Shown here one piece after another: positions 50,661 through 58,827 of a DNA stretch of 64,000 bases. This stretch comes from an uncultured Flavobacteriaceae bacterium (GTDB lineage Bacteria > Bacteroidota > Bacteroidia > Flavobacteriales > Flavobacteriaceae), in assembly GCA_905479745.1 (NCBI GenBank), contig CAJQNO010000027.1, forward strand, positions 250 through 64,249. The letters are read 5' to 3'. The stretch's first letter is position 1. Each line of letters starts with the position of its first letter. The notes under the pieces are model-generated. The model had not been told where the DNA came from. It ran no database searches and saw nothing but the letters and a program-made list of their open reading frames with translations. The translations under genes and the position numbers were made by a program.

Positions 50661-51125
50661 ATGGCAGATGATGGATCAAAACAAGGGAGTACATGGCCCT
50701 TACCAAAGTTTTACTTCTCGGTAAAACTAGGTTCCCAGGATAATATGGTTTCTTTTCAGGAAGTTTCAGGACTGGACACCGAAACACAGCCTATCGAATA
50801 CAGGCATGGTAATAACAAAGAGTTCTCTACCATAAAGTTGCCGGGTATAGTGAAAACCGGTAATGTAACCCTCAAAAAAGGAATTTTTGTAAACGACAAT
50901 AATTTCTGGAAGTGGTATGACGCGATAAAGATGAATACCATAAAACGGGAGACGGTAGTGATACAGTTACTGGACGAATCGGCCAAGCCAACGATGACCT
51001 GGACTCTCAGCAACGCGTGGCCTACCAAAATTACCGGTACCGATATGAAATCGGATGCCAATGAGGTGGCCGTGGAAACACTCGAACTTGCTCACGAAGG
51101 ACTCACTATTGCAAATGGCGGATAA
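50661..51125 (+). CDS. tail tube protein (T4 gp19-like, Afp1/5-like)
   Basis: 154 aa. WPLPKFYFSVKLGS...VSFQEVSGLDTETQPIEYRHGNN...LPGIVKTGNVTLKKG. Confidence 0.9.
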   Translation: MADDGSKQGSTWPLPKFYFSVKLGSQDNMVSFQEVSGLDTETQPIEYRHGNNKEFSTIKLPGIVKTGNVTLKKGIFVNDNNFWKWYDAIKMNTIKRETVVIQLLDESAKPTMTWTLSNAWPTKITGTDMKSDANEVAVETLELAHEGLTIANGG

Positions 51126-51127
51126 TT

Positions 51128-51592
51128 ATGAGAAATGAGCATCCCCTTGCAGCATTTTATTTTCGATTGAGCTTTAACGGCCTTTCGGGATCGGTCGATT
51201 CTTCGTTCAAAGAAGTCTCCGGAATTAGTATGGAGATGGATACAGAGGAAATTACAGAAGGTGGGAATAATAGTTTTAAACATCGTGTTCCTACCTCTGT
51301 AAAATTCTCGAATCTTGTCCTCAAACGGGGAATGGTCTCTAAAGACTCCCCGCTGGTGGATTGGTGTATCAAAACTTTTGGAGGAGGTCTTGCTGAATAT
51401 GTGGAAACCAAGAATATCGTGGTTAGTTTATTAGATGAAAATGGCGATCCTATAAAAGCCTGGAGCTTTGCAAATGCCTGGCCCGTAAAATGGGCGGCAT
51501 CAGATCTCAATTCGATGAATAACGAAGTGGCCATCGAGACCCTGGAATTTTCGTATAGTTATTTTAAAGAAATTATTGCCAACAATCCCTGA
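51128..51592 (+). CDS. tail tube protein paralog (T4 gp19-like)
   Basis: 154 aa. PLAAFYFRLSF...SFKEVSGISMEMDTEEITEGGNN...FSNLVLKRG. Same length and pattern as the preceding gene. Confidence 0.9.
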   Translation: MRNEHPLAAFYFRLSFNGLSGSVDSSFKEVSGISMEMDTEEITEGGNNSFKHRVPTSVKFSNLVLKRGMVSKDSPLVDWCIKTFGGGLAEYVETKNIVVSLLDENGDPIKAWSFANAWPVKWAASDLNSMNNEVAIETLEFSYSYFKEIIANNP

Positions 51593-51676
51593 TCGTATTC
51601 AACGACAGGTGATAGTATTTAGAACATGCAAATAACCCCGGCTTGAAAAACAATACGGCCGAAATAAAAAAACAAT

Positions 51677-53458
51677 ATGTCTGTATCACCATTAATAGAA
51701 GAAACCAATCTAATTTCATTCAATATCATTTCGGGCGGGAAGGAGATTCCCGCAACTTATGAAGTAGTAAGTATTCGCACCGAACAATTTTTAAATAGGA
51801 TCTCGCATGCCGAGATCGTACTTATTGATGGGGACGCAACCAAACAAACTTTTGCGGTAACAGATTCGGATGTATTTAAACCAGGTGCCGAAATTGAGAT
51901 TAAATTAGGGTATCACAGCAAAAACGATTCAGTATTTAAAGGGGTTGTAGTTAAACAAATGATAAGACTTGATGGCCAGAGTTCAAGGCTACATGTAATT
52001 TGTAAGGATAAGGCGCTGCAACTAACTATTAACAGAAACAATAATATTTTTACCGATAGTACCGATAGTGCAGCTATAGAAAGTATTGTGGGAAAAACCA
52101 GCTTGAGTTCGTCCGTGGCCTCTACTCCAATAGAACACAAGGAGATCGTTCAATATTATACTACAGACTGGGACTTCATTGTAAACCGATCTGAAATCAA
52201 CGGCTTGGTTGTGGTCACAGATAGCGGCAAACTCACCGTGGCGAAGCCCGACGTTAGCGGGTCGCCTGCATTACATGTACAATATGGTTACGACATTATC
52301 GATTTCGATGGTGAGATAGACGCAACGCATCAATACTCTGAAGTGCAGGGCAACGCATGGGATATGAGTTCGCAGGCTGTGATAAGCGCGTCGTCATCGG
52401 AGCCTTCGATGAACCAACAGGGCGATATTAGTGGATCGACTCTGGCAAAAGTTTTAAGTGCCGGGACACTGAATTTAAGTTCCAATGTAACAATCGAACA
52501 AGAGGATATAAAGGGATGGACAGATGCAGCTTTATTAAGATCGAGACTGTCGAGGTTTCGAGGAACCCTCACCTTTCAGGGTTCTACTCTGGCAAAGGTA
52601 AATTCGACGATCAAGTTGGATGGCCTTGGCAATAGATTTAATGGAAACGCTTTTATATCGGGAGTGATACATTCTATTGAAGATGGAATGTGGCATACGG
52701 AAGTGCAGCTGGGATTATCTCCAAGGTTGTTTGTTGAAGAAAATGAAGTTATGGCTCCTGCCGCCGCCGGATTGATCCCAGGAATACGAGGATTGCATAC
52801 TGGTATTGTAAAGAAAACCTATGAGGACCCGGATAACGAATTCAGGGTACAGGTGGAGATCCCAATTTTGGGTGTGGAAAGAAAAATGGTGTGGGCAAGG
52901 CTGGCCACCTTTTACACGGGTAATACCTTCGGAGCTTATTTCATGCCGGAAGTGGATGACGAAGTAATCCTGGGCTTTATGAATGATGACCCGAGATTTC
53001 CAATTATTCTGGGAAGTGTTTTCAGTAGTTCCATCCCTGCCCCTGAAACACCCGACGAGCAAAACACGATCAAAACACTTATAACTAGTAGTAAACTTCA
53101 GTTAAAATTTGACGATGAGAACAAGATAATCACTCTGATAACACCTGGAGGTAATTCTATCGTTATTAGCGACCAGTATGAAGGAATCTCCATAACCGAT
53201 CAAAATAGTAATAAGATAGAAATGAACTCGAGTGGGATTAATCTTGAAAGTGGGTCGGATATTACTCTGAAAGCGACAAATTCGGTAAACATAAAAGGAA
53301 GTTCGATCTTCTTAGAAGGCAGTGAATCTATAAACAGTACTGGTGGCATGGTGTCTATTTCTGGAAAAATAAGTACTAGTATCAAAGGAGATGCCGAATG
53401 CTCGGTTTCCAGTAGCGGAGAGATGAGTATAAAAGGTGCAATGGTAATGGTTAACTAA
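51677..53458 (+). CDS. VgrG/Afp8-like spike-hub protein (gp27-like hub + gp5 OB fold + C-terminal beta-helix)
   Basis: 593 aa. gp5-type OB block WARLATFYTGNTFGAYFMPEVDDEVILGFMNDDPRFPIILGSVFS. The C-terminus has repetitive beta-helix-like triplets (ITLITPGGNSIVISD...INLESGSDITLKATNSVNIKGSSIFLEGS...). Confidence 0.85.
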   Translation: MSVSPLIEETNLISFNIISGGKEIPATYEVVSIRTEQFLNRISHAEIVLIDGDATKQTFAVTDSDVFKPGAEIEIKLGYHSKNDSVFKGVVVKQMIRLDGQSSRLHVICKDKALQLTINRNNNIFTDSTDSAAIESIVGKTSLSSSVASTPIEHKEIVQYYTTDWDFIVNRSEINGLVVVTDSGKLTVAKPDVSGSPALHVQYGYDIIDFDGEIDATHQYSEVQGNAWDMSSQAVISASSSEPSMNQQGDISGSTLAKVLSAGTLNLSSNVTIEQEDIKGWTDAALLRSRLSRFRGTLTFQGSTLAKVNSTIKLDGLGNRFNGNAFISGVIHSIEDGMWHTEVQLGLSPRLFVEENEVMAPAAAGLIPGIRGLHTGIVKKTYEDPDNEFRVQVEIPILGVERKMVWARLATFYTGNTFGAYFMPEVDDEVILGFMNDDPRFPIILGSVFSSSIPAPETPDEQNTIKTLITSSKLQLKFDDENKIITLITPGGNSIVISDQYEGISITDQNSNKIEMNSSGINLESGSDITLKATNSVNIKGSSIFLEGSESINSTGGMVSISGKISTSIKGDAECSVSSSGEMSIKGAMVMVN

Positions 53459-53538
53459 AATTGAGTTTTTGCTAGTGTTAAACAGAATCAATGGATGAAA
53501 TTTATAAATGACATGGAGAAAAATCTAAATATCAGCTA

Positions 53539-54042
53539 ATGAGTCCAGTTTTTACAAATTACACCGGACTCATCATTCTATCACCTTTTCTGGAATTATT
53601 ATTTCCGAAATGCGGACTCATGGAAGAAGGAAGTTTCAGAAATAAAGAAAGCAGAGTAAGAGCTGTTCAGTTACTGGATTATGCGGCAACAGCCGATACC
53701 AATTCGCAGGAGCATGAATTGCTCATCCCAAAAGTGCTTTGCGGTATTCCTGTTTCAGAGCCTATTGATGTTTCCTATCACCTAACAGAAGAACATAAAC
53801 TAATAGTGGACGACCTGTTACTGGCTGTGACTCAACAATGGCGTGGTATGGAGAATACTTCGATTACTGCTTTACGTGAAACTTTCCTTCAGCGAGATGG
53901 AAAACTAGAGGAACTGGACGAACATTTCTACATCAAGGTAGAACAGCGATCGTATGATGTCTTATTAGACAGGATTCCATGGAATATTAGTACGATAAAA
54001 CTAAATTGGATAAATAAACCAATAGAAATAGAATGGAGATGA
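53539..54042 (+). CDS. CIS tape-measure-protein C-terminal-domain homolog (domain only, 167 aa)
   Basis: GLIILSPFLELLF..., RAVQLLDYAAT, EHELLIPKVLCGIP, ALRETFLQRDGKL, YDVLLDRIPWNISTIKLNWINKPIEIEW. This matches the conserved C-terminal module of eCIS tape measure proteins as I remember it. No longer ORF is possible upstream, because stops lie in frame. Confidence 0.55.
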   Translation: MSPVFTNYTGLIILSPFLELLFPKCGLMEEGSFRNKESRVRAVQLLDYAATADTNSQEHELLIPKVLCGIPVSEPIDVSYHLTEEHKLIVDDLLLAVTQQWRGMENTSITALRETFLQRDGKLEELDEHFYIKVEQRSYDVLLDRIPWNISTIKLNWINKPIEIEWR

Positions 54043-55373
54043 TAAAAGCAATCGCCAGTTCCCTGGAACGCGAGATCGGTTGGTTTGAGGCGGTAGTGAA
54101 CACCGCCCTTTCCATCTATTTTCAGAATGAACATGTTGAAGAAAGTGTCTACGATCACACACCACCTGCACTTGATAAGGACAAATCGGCTTATGCCGAA
54201 CTAATCAAAGAACTCAAACTCGGCTTCGAGGATCGCATCATATTGATCTTAGGATTACTCCCGATATTAAAACCTCAGGCACTGGATGTATTTCTTATAA
54301 AAAATCAGAATCTAAACAGCGAATTCTCCGAGTTCGGTGGGATCAATGAAACAAGAACCTCCGGCTTTAACCCAAGCCTGATGACAGCCTGCTTCATCCT
54401 AACAGGAAGTTCTTTGGAAGAGCGTTTGCGCCTTATGAAATTGTTTGAGAGGGATCATGTGCTGTTTAAAAAAGGAATTCTCGATTGTGATTACAGACAG
54501 GAGTTTGGTTTACAACAGCGCTTGATTGTTTCTCATGAATTCATAGAATTACTTACTGAAGGTAAAATGAAGTTGCCGGAATTCAGTTTCGGATTTCCCA
54601 TCAGGCAAATTTCTACTAAACTGGACTGGGACGACCTAATTATCGAGCAGCAGGTACGTATTAAACTGGAAGAGATTCAGGAATGGCTAAAACATAGTGA
54701 ACACATCCTGGAAAACTGGGGATTACACAAAACCCTAAAGAAAGGGTATCGTGCGCTGTTTTACGGGCCTCCGGGCACGGGTAAAACCCTGGCCTCAACC
54801 CTGATCGGTAAAACAACCAAACGTCCCGTTTTCAGGATCGATCTGTCCCTCTTAAATTCTAAATACATTGGTGAGACCGAAAAAAATCTTACACAACTCT
54901 TCAATGAGGCTGAAAATAAAGACTGGATATTGTTCTTCGATGAGGCCGATGCGTTGTTCGGGAAAAGAACTCAGGTAAAATCGGCCAACGACAGGTACAT
55001 GAATCAGGAAGTGTCTTATTTGCTGCAGCGTATTGAGGAATTTTCAGGGCTAGTGATACTTTCAAGTAATTTACATTCCAACATCGATGATGCCTTTAGG
55101 AGAAGGTTTCAGAGTTTGGTATACTTTCCAAGGCCTCAGAAGAAAGAGCGGCTACTTCTGTGGAAACGGCTGTTCGAAAATTCGTTCTCACTTGATGGTG
55201 ATGTCGACCTTACCAACTTGGCTGAGAATTATGAATTAACTCGAGGTGAAATGATCAATATTCAGCGGTACTGTGCATTAGTCGCTGCCGGAAGGGGTGA
55301 TAAAAAGATCGGACTACAGGATCTACTTTCCGGGATCCGAAGAGAATATAGTAAGTCTAATAAAACAATTTAG
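54033..55373 (+). CDS. AAA+ ATPase (Afp15/Pvc15-like CIS assembly ATPase)
   Basis: 446 aa. Walker A GPPGTGKTLAS, Walker B ILFFDEADALFGKR, AAA lid. Overlaps the previous gene by 10 nt. Confidence 0.88.
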   Translation: MEMIKAIASSLEREIGWFEAVVNTALSIYFQNEHVEESVYDHTPPALDKDKSAYAELIKELKLGFEDRIILILGLLPILKPQALDVFLIKNQNLNSEFSEFGGINETRTSGFNPSLMTACFILTGSSLEERLRLMKLFERDHVLFKKGILDCDYRQEFGLQQRLIVSHEFIELLTEGKMKLPEFSFGFPIRQISTKLDWDDLIIEQQVRIKLEEIQEWLKHSEHILENWGLHKTLKKGYRALFYGPPGTGKTLASTLIGKTTKRPVFRIDLSLLNSKYIGETEKNLTQLFNEAENKDWILFFDEADALFGKRTQVKSANDRYMNQEVSYLLQRIEEFSGLVILSSNLHSNIDDAFRRRFQSLVYFPRPQKKERLLLWKRLFENSFSLDGDVDLTNLAENYELTRGEMINIQRYCALVAAGRGDKKIGLQDLLSGIRREYSKSNKTI

Positions 55374-55375
55374 TT

Positions 55376-55765
55376 ATGCCACAACAAGTCTGTTTGGGAG
55401 CCACAATGACCTGCTCCTTCGGAGTCGCACCATCATCACTTATAGTACTACCGCAGAATCGCGTATTGACCAGTAAAATGCCGGCAGCCAATATCATGGA
55501 TAACAAGCCCATAGTAAATATACCGCCGTTCGGATTGTGTTCCTCTATGGCGAACCCACAGGTTGCCGCTACGACGAACGCCGCCTTGGGTGTGCTCACC
55601 CCTATGCCTTGTGTTCCTGCTACGGTCACACCCTGGGCACCCGGAAGTCCGACGGTTTTGATTGGAGGCGTACCTGCCTTAACCAATAACTGTACGCTTA
55701 ATTGTAAATGGGGAGGAGTGATCAGTCTGGATACTGCGGGTCAGGTTCAGGTGGTGGTACCATAA
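55376..55765 (+). CDS. DUF4280 (PAAR-like) domain protein
   Basis: 129 aa. LGATMTCSFGVAPSSLIVLP, NIPPFGLCSSMANPQVAA, PCVPATVTPWAPGSPTVLIGGVPAL, CKWGGVISL. Confidence 0.85.
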   Translation: MPQQVCLGATMTCSFGVAPSSLIVLPQNRVLTSKMPAANIMDNKPIVNIPPFGLCSSMANPQVAATTNAALGVLTPMPCVPATVTPWAPGSPTVLIGGVPALTNNCTLNCKWGGVISLDTAGQVQVVVP

Positions 55766-55768
55766 AAA

Positions 55769-55796
55769 AAGCCTCCCCGTTGGGAAGGCTTATTTT
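55769..55796. terminator. bidirectional Rho-independent terminator closing the CIS operon and ssb
   Basis: A7-AGCCTCCC-CGTT-GGGAAGGCT-TATTTTT. The stem has one bulge and sits between convergent genes. Confidence 0.6.
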
Positions 55797-55815
55797 TCAT
55801 GGAATGAGCGAGTTA

Positions 55816-56148
55816 TTATTTCCCAAGTAACAACAATTCGTTACAGACCACTTCGGTTGAATATCGTTTGATACCTTCCTTATCTTCATAGGATCGATGT
55901 GTGAGTTTTCCTTCTATAGCGATCTCTTTTCCCTTTGTAACATAGTTCTCAATGATCTCCGCGGTTTTTCCCCAGGCCACGACATTGTGCCATTGGGTGT
56001 CTTCCACGCGTTCTCCGTTTGCGTTCTTGTAACTATCGTTTGTAGCTACAGTGAATTTAGCGAGTTTCTTCCCGCTATCGAGATTAATAATTTCCGGGTC
56101 TTGCCCAAGTCGGCCAATCAACTGTACTTTGTTTCTAAGTGCATTCAT
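55816..56148 (-). CDS. ssb: single-stranded DNA-binding protein, short form without acidic C-terminal tail
   Basis: 110 aa. OB fold NKVQLIGRLGQDPE...TQWHNVVAWGKTAE...KGKEIAIEGKLTHRSY. Ends ...ELLLLGK. Confidence 0.88.
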   Translation of the reverse strand: MNALRNKVQLIGRLGQDPEIINLDSGKKLAKFTVATNDSYKNANGERVEDTQWHNVVAWGKTAEIIENYVTKGKEIAIEGKLTHRSYEDKEGIKRYSTEVVCNELLLLGK

Positions 56149-56647
56149 AATAATTAATTTAAGGGTTTAACAATTGATACTATCGAACGTCTTTCATTCG
56201 ACAAGGCAAACATATAACCGCTTTTAATATTCATTCGGTTAAGAAATATTTACTTTCGTTTATAGTCGTTTGTAAACGTTTGTACGAGGCAACCATTTTC
56301 TGAAGAATCGGGACTTATATACAACTTACCACAAAGTAGAATAGAGATTTTATGTTAATCCAGGATTGGATTTTTTTGAGATATACAGGCCATACGGTCT
56401 ATGGTTATCCTTTTAAGGTACAGAGCATAAGCTATCGCCAGTCTTATAGACTAAACCGCTTCCGTATGTCATTGAACTTATTACGTCTTACTGATTCCCT
56501 TACCTTTTGATGGCGGTTCCCCCAGTTTACGCCCAAAAACGCAACGTAATGCTATTTATAATTATTCTAAATAAACAGTTAAAATGTACTATATTGCCGA
56601 TTAATGTGTTAATTTGCTATGAAACTACTCAACAACCAATCTTTATA

Positions 56648-56833
56648 ATGGCCGATAATTCCGAAATTCTGCAAGCTATTGCGGACTTGAAGAAGGAGGT
56701 AATCGATTTAAAAAGCGATATGCAATCCGGCTTCAGGAGCGTTAATAAGCGATTAGACGGTATCGAGAATGAGTTAAGAAAAATTGACACAGTTCTTGGT
56801 TATTCAGAACAATACAATAACATTCCTACTTAA
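56648..56833 (+). CDS. small coiled-coil hypothetical protein
   Basis: 61 aa from the internal ATG (MADNSEILQAIADLKKEVIDLKSDMQ...). The upstream part of the 56507 ORF looks non-coding. Confidence 0.35.
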   Translation: MADNSEILQAIADLKKEVIDLKSDMQSGFRSVNKRLDGIENELRKIDTVLGYSEQYNNIPT

Positions 56834-56981
56834 ATTATTTAGGTTCGTTATTATTTAGATTCCTTTTCCTTCTTCTTAGGAACGGAAACCTTTAAAACTT
56901 CATCGAGCGTACCTTCGATCTTTAGCTTATCGTTCTCACGCTCATTTATCTTGTCCTCATTCATGTTATAAATATATCATA

Positions 56982-57623
56982 TTATTTCCACAATGCAGGG
57001 ATTATAGCAGTATCTGATCCATCCGATTTAACAACTGTGTCTGGCATAAAAGAGTTTTCAAATTTCTTGAAATTATCCCTAAGTAATACAACTCTTTTGT
57101 TTGGATTAGCATGAGCCAAATCATTGCTGAAACTTGAAGGAGGAAAGTATATTTTTATTTTTTTGTTTTTGAAATTTTGCTTTATAAATTCAATTGGGGG
57201 GATTAAATCACTATCAGCAGTTACCAAAATAATTTTATCAACAACATCTAACGCACAATCTCCTAATAAATGCGTAGCAATATTTACGTCTGTTCTTTTT
57301 TCTTCAGGTTTTGTAAAATGAGTGTTACAATTATAGCACTGTATATCCTTTTCAATGTATTTGCCTCTAATAATTTGAAATGAATTCCCATTAATCAAAT
57401 CATTAGCTTTAAAAAGAGCACTTTGCCGTGAATTTTTACCTGAACTAAGTGGCGATGCCGTAAAGTACTTAACCTTTACAAATTCATCATCCGGGCCTAA
57501 AAATTGTTTAAATAATGCGACAAAGTCTATCCAATAGCATTGCCTCCATTTAGGATTCATTCTACATTGATTTTTTAATCCATAATAGAAGTTAAACCCA
57601 TCTACGTAGAAAATTGTTCTCAT
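56982..57623 (-). CDS. NYN domain-containing protein (PIN-like RNase fold, LabA/DUF88-type)
   Basis: 213 aa. IFYVDGFNFYYG, VKYFTA, EKRTDVNIATHLL, IILVTADSDLIPPIE. Confidence 0.8.
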   Translation of the reverse strand: MRTIFYVDGFNFYYGLKNQCRMNPKWRQCYWIDFVALFKQFLGPDDEFVKVKYFTASPLSSGKNSRQSALFKANDLINGNSFQIIRGKYIEKDIQCYNCNTHFTKPEEKRTDVNIATHLLGDCALDVVDKIILVTADSDLIPPIEFIKQNFKNKKIKIYFPPSSFSNDLAHANPNKRVVLLRDNFKKFENSFMPDTVVKSDGSDTAIIPALWK

Positions 57624-57633
57624 ATCTCCCTAA

Positions 57634-57662
57634 TAAAAAAAAAGCTGTCTCTAGGAGACAGC
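57634..57662 (-). terminator. Rho-independent terminator (minus strand) between the IS1595 element and the NYN gene
   Basis: Plus strand is A10-GCTGTCTC-TAG-GAGACAGC. On the minus strand the stem is followed by T10, only ~10 nt before the NYN start codon. Confidence 0.6.
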
Positions 57663-57782
57663 CGAACTCTACCAAACGATAGAGCGATGCTTTATGTGGA
57701 CAAATGTACAAAAATCGCTCCAAAAACCAAATTATTCATACAAAATTTTTGCATATTGTCAAAATTTTAACATTGTAAGTTC

Positions 57783-58745
57783 TTAACATCCAGATATTAA
57801 GGATATATAAGTCAATCTACTCTCGCTTTGCCCTAAGAATATCTCAAAACGCTGCTGGCTCGTTAATTCACGAGTATTGTACCTATTTGCGTACTCGTCT
57901 AAGTAACGCTCTAAGTGCTTTTCACTAACGTGATGGTAAATACCATTAATTCCTCGCTTTAACTGGCTCCAAAAGTTCTCTATGGTGTTAGTGTGGCAGT
58001 TACCTACTACGTACTGACTAGCTGAATGTACAACTGTCTTATGCGTAAATGTTCTGCCTACTCTGTGATAAATGCCACTTTCGTCTGTATGCACCTCTGA
58101 ACCCTTAGCAATATGTTTTCCTAGTAGCGGTAAAATTTCTTCTTGGGTGGCACGTGAAACGTGCTTTACAATGATGTCCCCGCCACGCTCAACAAAGCCT
58201 ACTACCATTTTCTTAGGTTGGTAAGGAGTACCGTCATTTCGTAAGTCTGGATTCTCATTAGAGCGTTGTTTCCCGAAATGTTTGTTACCCTCTTTACCTC
58301 CTATATAGGCTTCGTCAATCTCTACCATATTGGTAGTACCTATCATTTTAGGTGCTTTCTCTCTTAGCATTTCACGGATTCTATGAAGTACAAACCATGC
58401 TGTTTTTTGTGTAATTCCCAGATCACTAGCTAATTGAACGCTAGAAATACCTTTCTTGTGGTTAGTAGCCAGGAATATAGCAGCAAACCACGTTCTAAGA
58501 GGAATTTTAGAGTTCTCGAAGATAGTACCCACCTTCACAGTAAAATCTTTCTTACACTCTTTATTACGACATCTGTACCCTCGTTTAGTTTTATAAGGGC
58601 TCTCACTATTACAATGAGGACATACAGGATTATCACCCCAACGAATCTGCTCGTAATATTCAATACAAGTACTTTCTTCTCTGAAGTAGTCTAAAAGCTG
58701 TGGAAGTGATTTGAAATTCATTGTTTTCTTAGTTTTGTTATACAA
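57783..58745 (-). CDS. IS1595 family transposase (ISXO2-like DDE domain with N-terminal zinc ribbon)
   Basis: 320 aa. WGDNPVCPHCNSESPYKTKRGYRCRNKECKKDFTVKVGTIFENSKIPLRTWF, VEIDEAYIGG, HTDESGIY, HTNTIENFWSQLKR. Confidence 0.88.
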   Translation of the reverse strand: MYNKTKKTMNFKSLPQLLDYFREESTCIEYYEQIRWGDNPVCPHCNSESPYKTKRGYRCRNKECKKDFTVKVGTIFENSKIPLRTWFAAIFLATNHKKGISSVQLASDLGITQKTAWFVLHRIREMLREKAPKMIGTTNMVEIDEAYIGGKEGNKHFGKQRSNENPDLRNDGTPYQPKKMVVGFVERGGDIIVKHVSRATQEEILPLLGKHIAKGSEVHTDESGIYHRVGRTFTHKTVVHSASQYVVGNCHTNTIENFWSQLKRGINGIYHHVSEKHLERYLDEYANRYNTRELTSQQRFEIFLGQSESRLTYISLISGC

Positions 58746-58747
58746 AT

Positions 58748-58799
58748 ATAACCGAATATATTGATATAAACAAATAATAATACAATTATATTCGGTTAT
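58748..58799. repeat. perfect 13-bp inverted repeat just upstream of the transposase start
   Basis: ATAACCGAATATA (58748-58760) and TATATTCGGTTAT (58787-58799), with a 26-nt spacer. Confidence 0.8.
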
Positions 58800-58827
58800 T
58801 TTGATATTATTGTACTATATTTGCCCT

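Larger units (their letters stand above)
57698..58826 (-). mobile_element. IS1595-family insertion sequence (boundaries tentative)
   Basis: Single transposase ORF. Imperfect terminal inverted repeats: left GGACAAATGTACAA... (57698-) versus the reverse complement of the right end GGGCAAATATAGTACAA... (ends 58826), with further scattered matches over ~40 bp. The ~1.13 kb size is typical of the family. Confidence 0.5.

Noticed and set aside
48301-55765. Interpretation of the sheath/tube/spike cluster as a prophage tail module or as a Bacteroidota T6SS-iii.
   Set aside because: There are no capsid, portal, terminase, integrase or lysis genes anywhere in the window. The sheath is a single phage-type protein rather than TssB/TssC, the tubes are gp19-like rather than Hcp, and no TssE/F/G/K/N-R genes are present. 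The AAA+ ATPase and tape-measure C-domain are eCIS hallmarks.
56360-56385. Small plus-strand hairpin AATCCA-GGAT-TGGATT followed by T7 in the ssb upstream region.
   Set aside because: The 6-bp AT-rich stem has no plus-strand gene upstream to terminate. It is probably fortuitous or part of the ssb promoter region.
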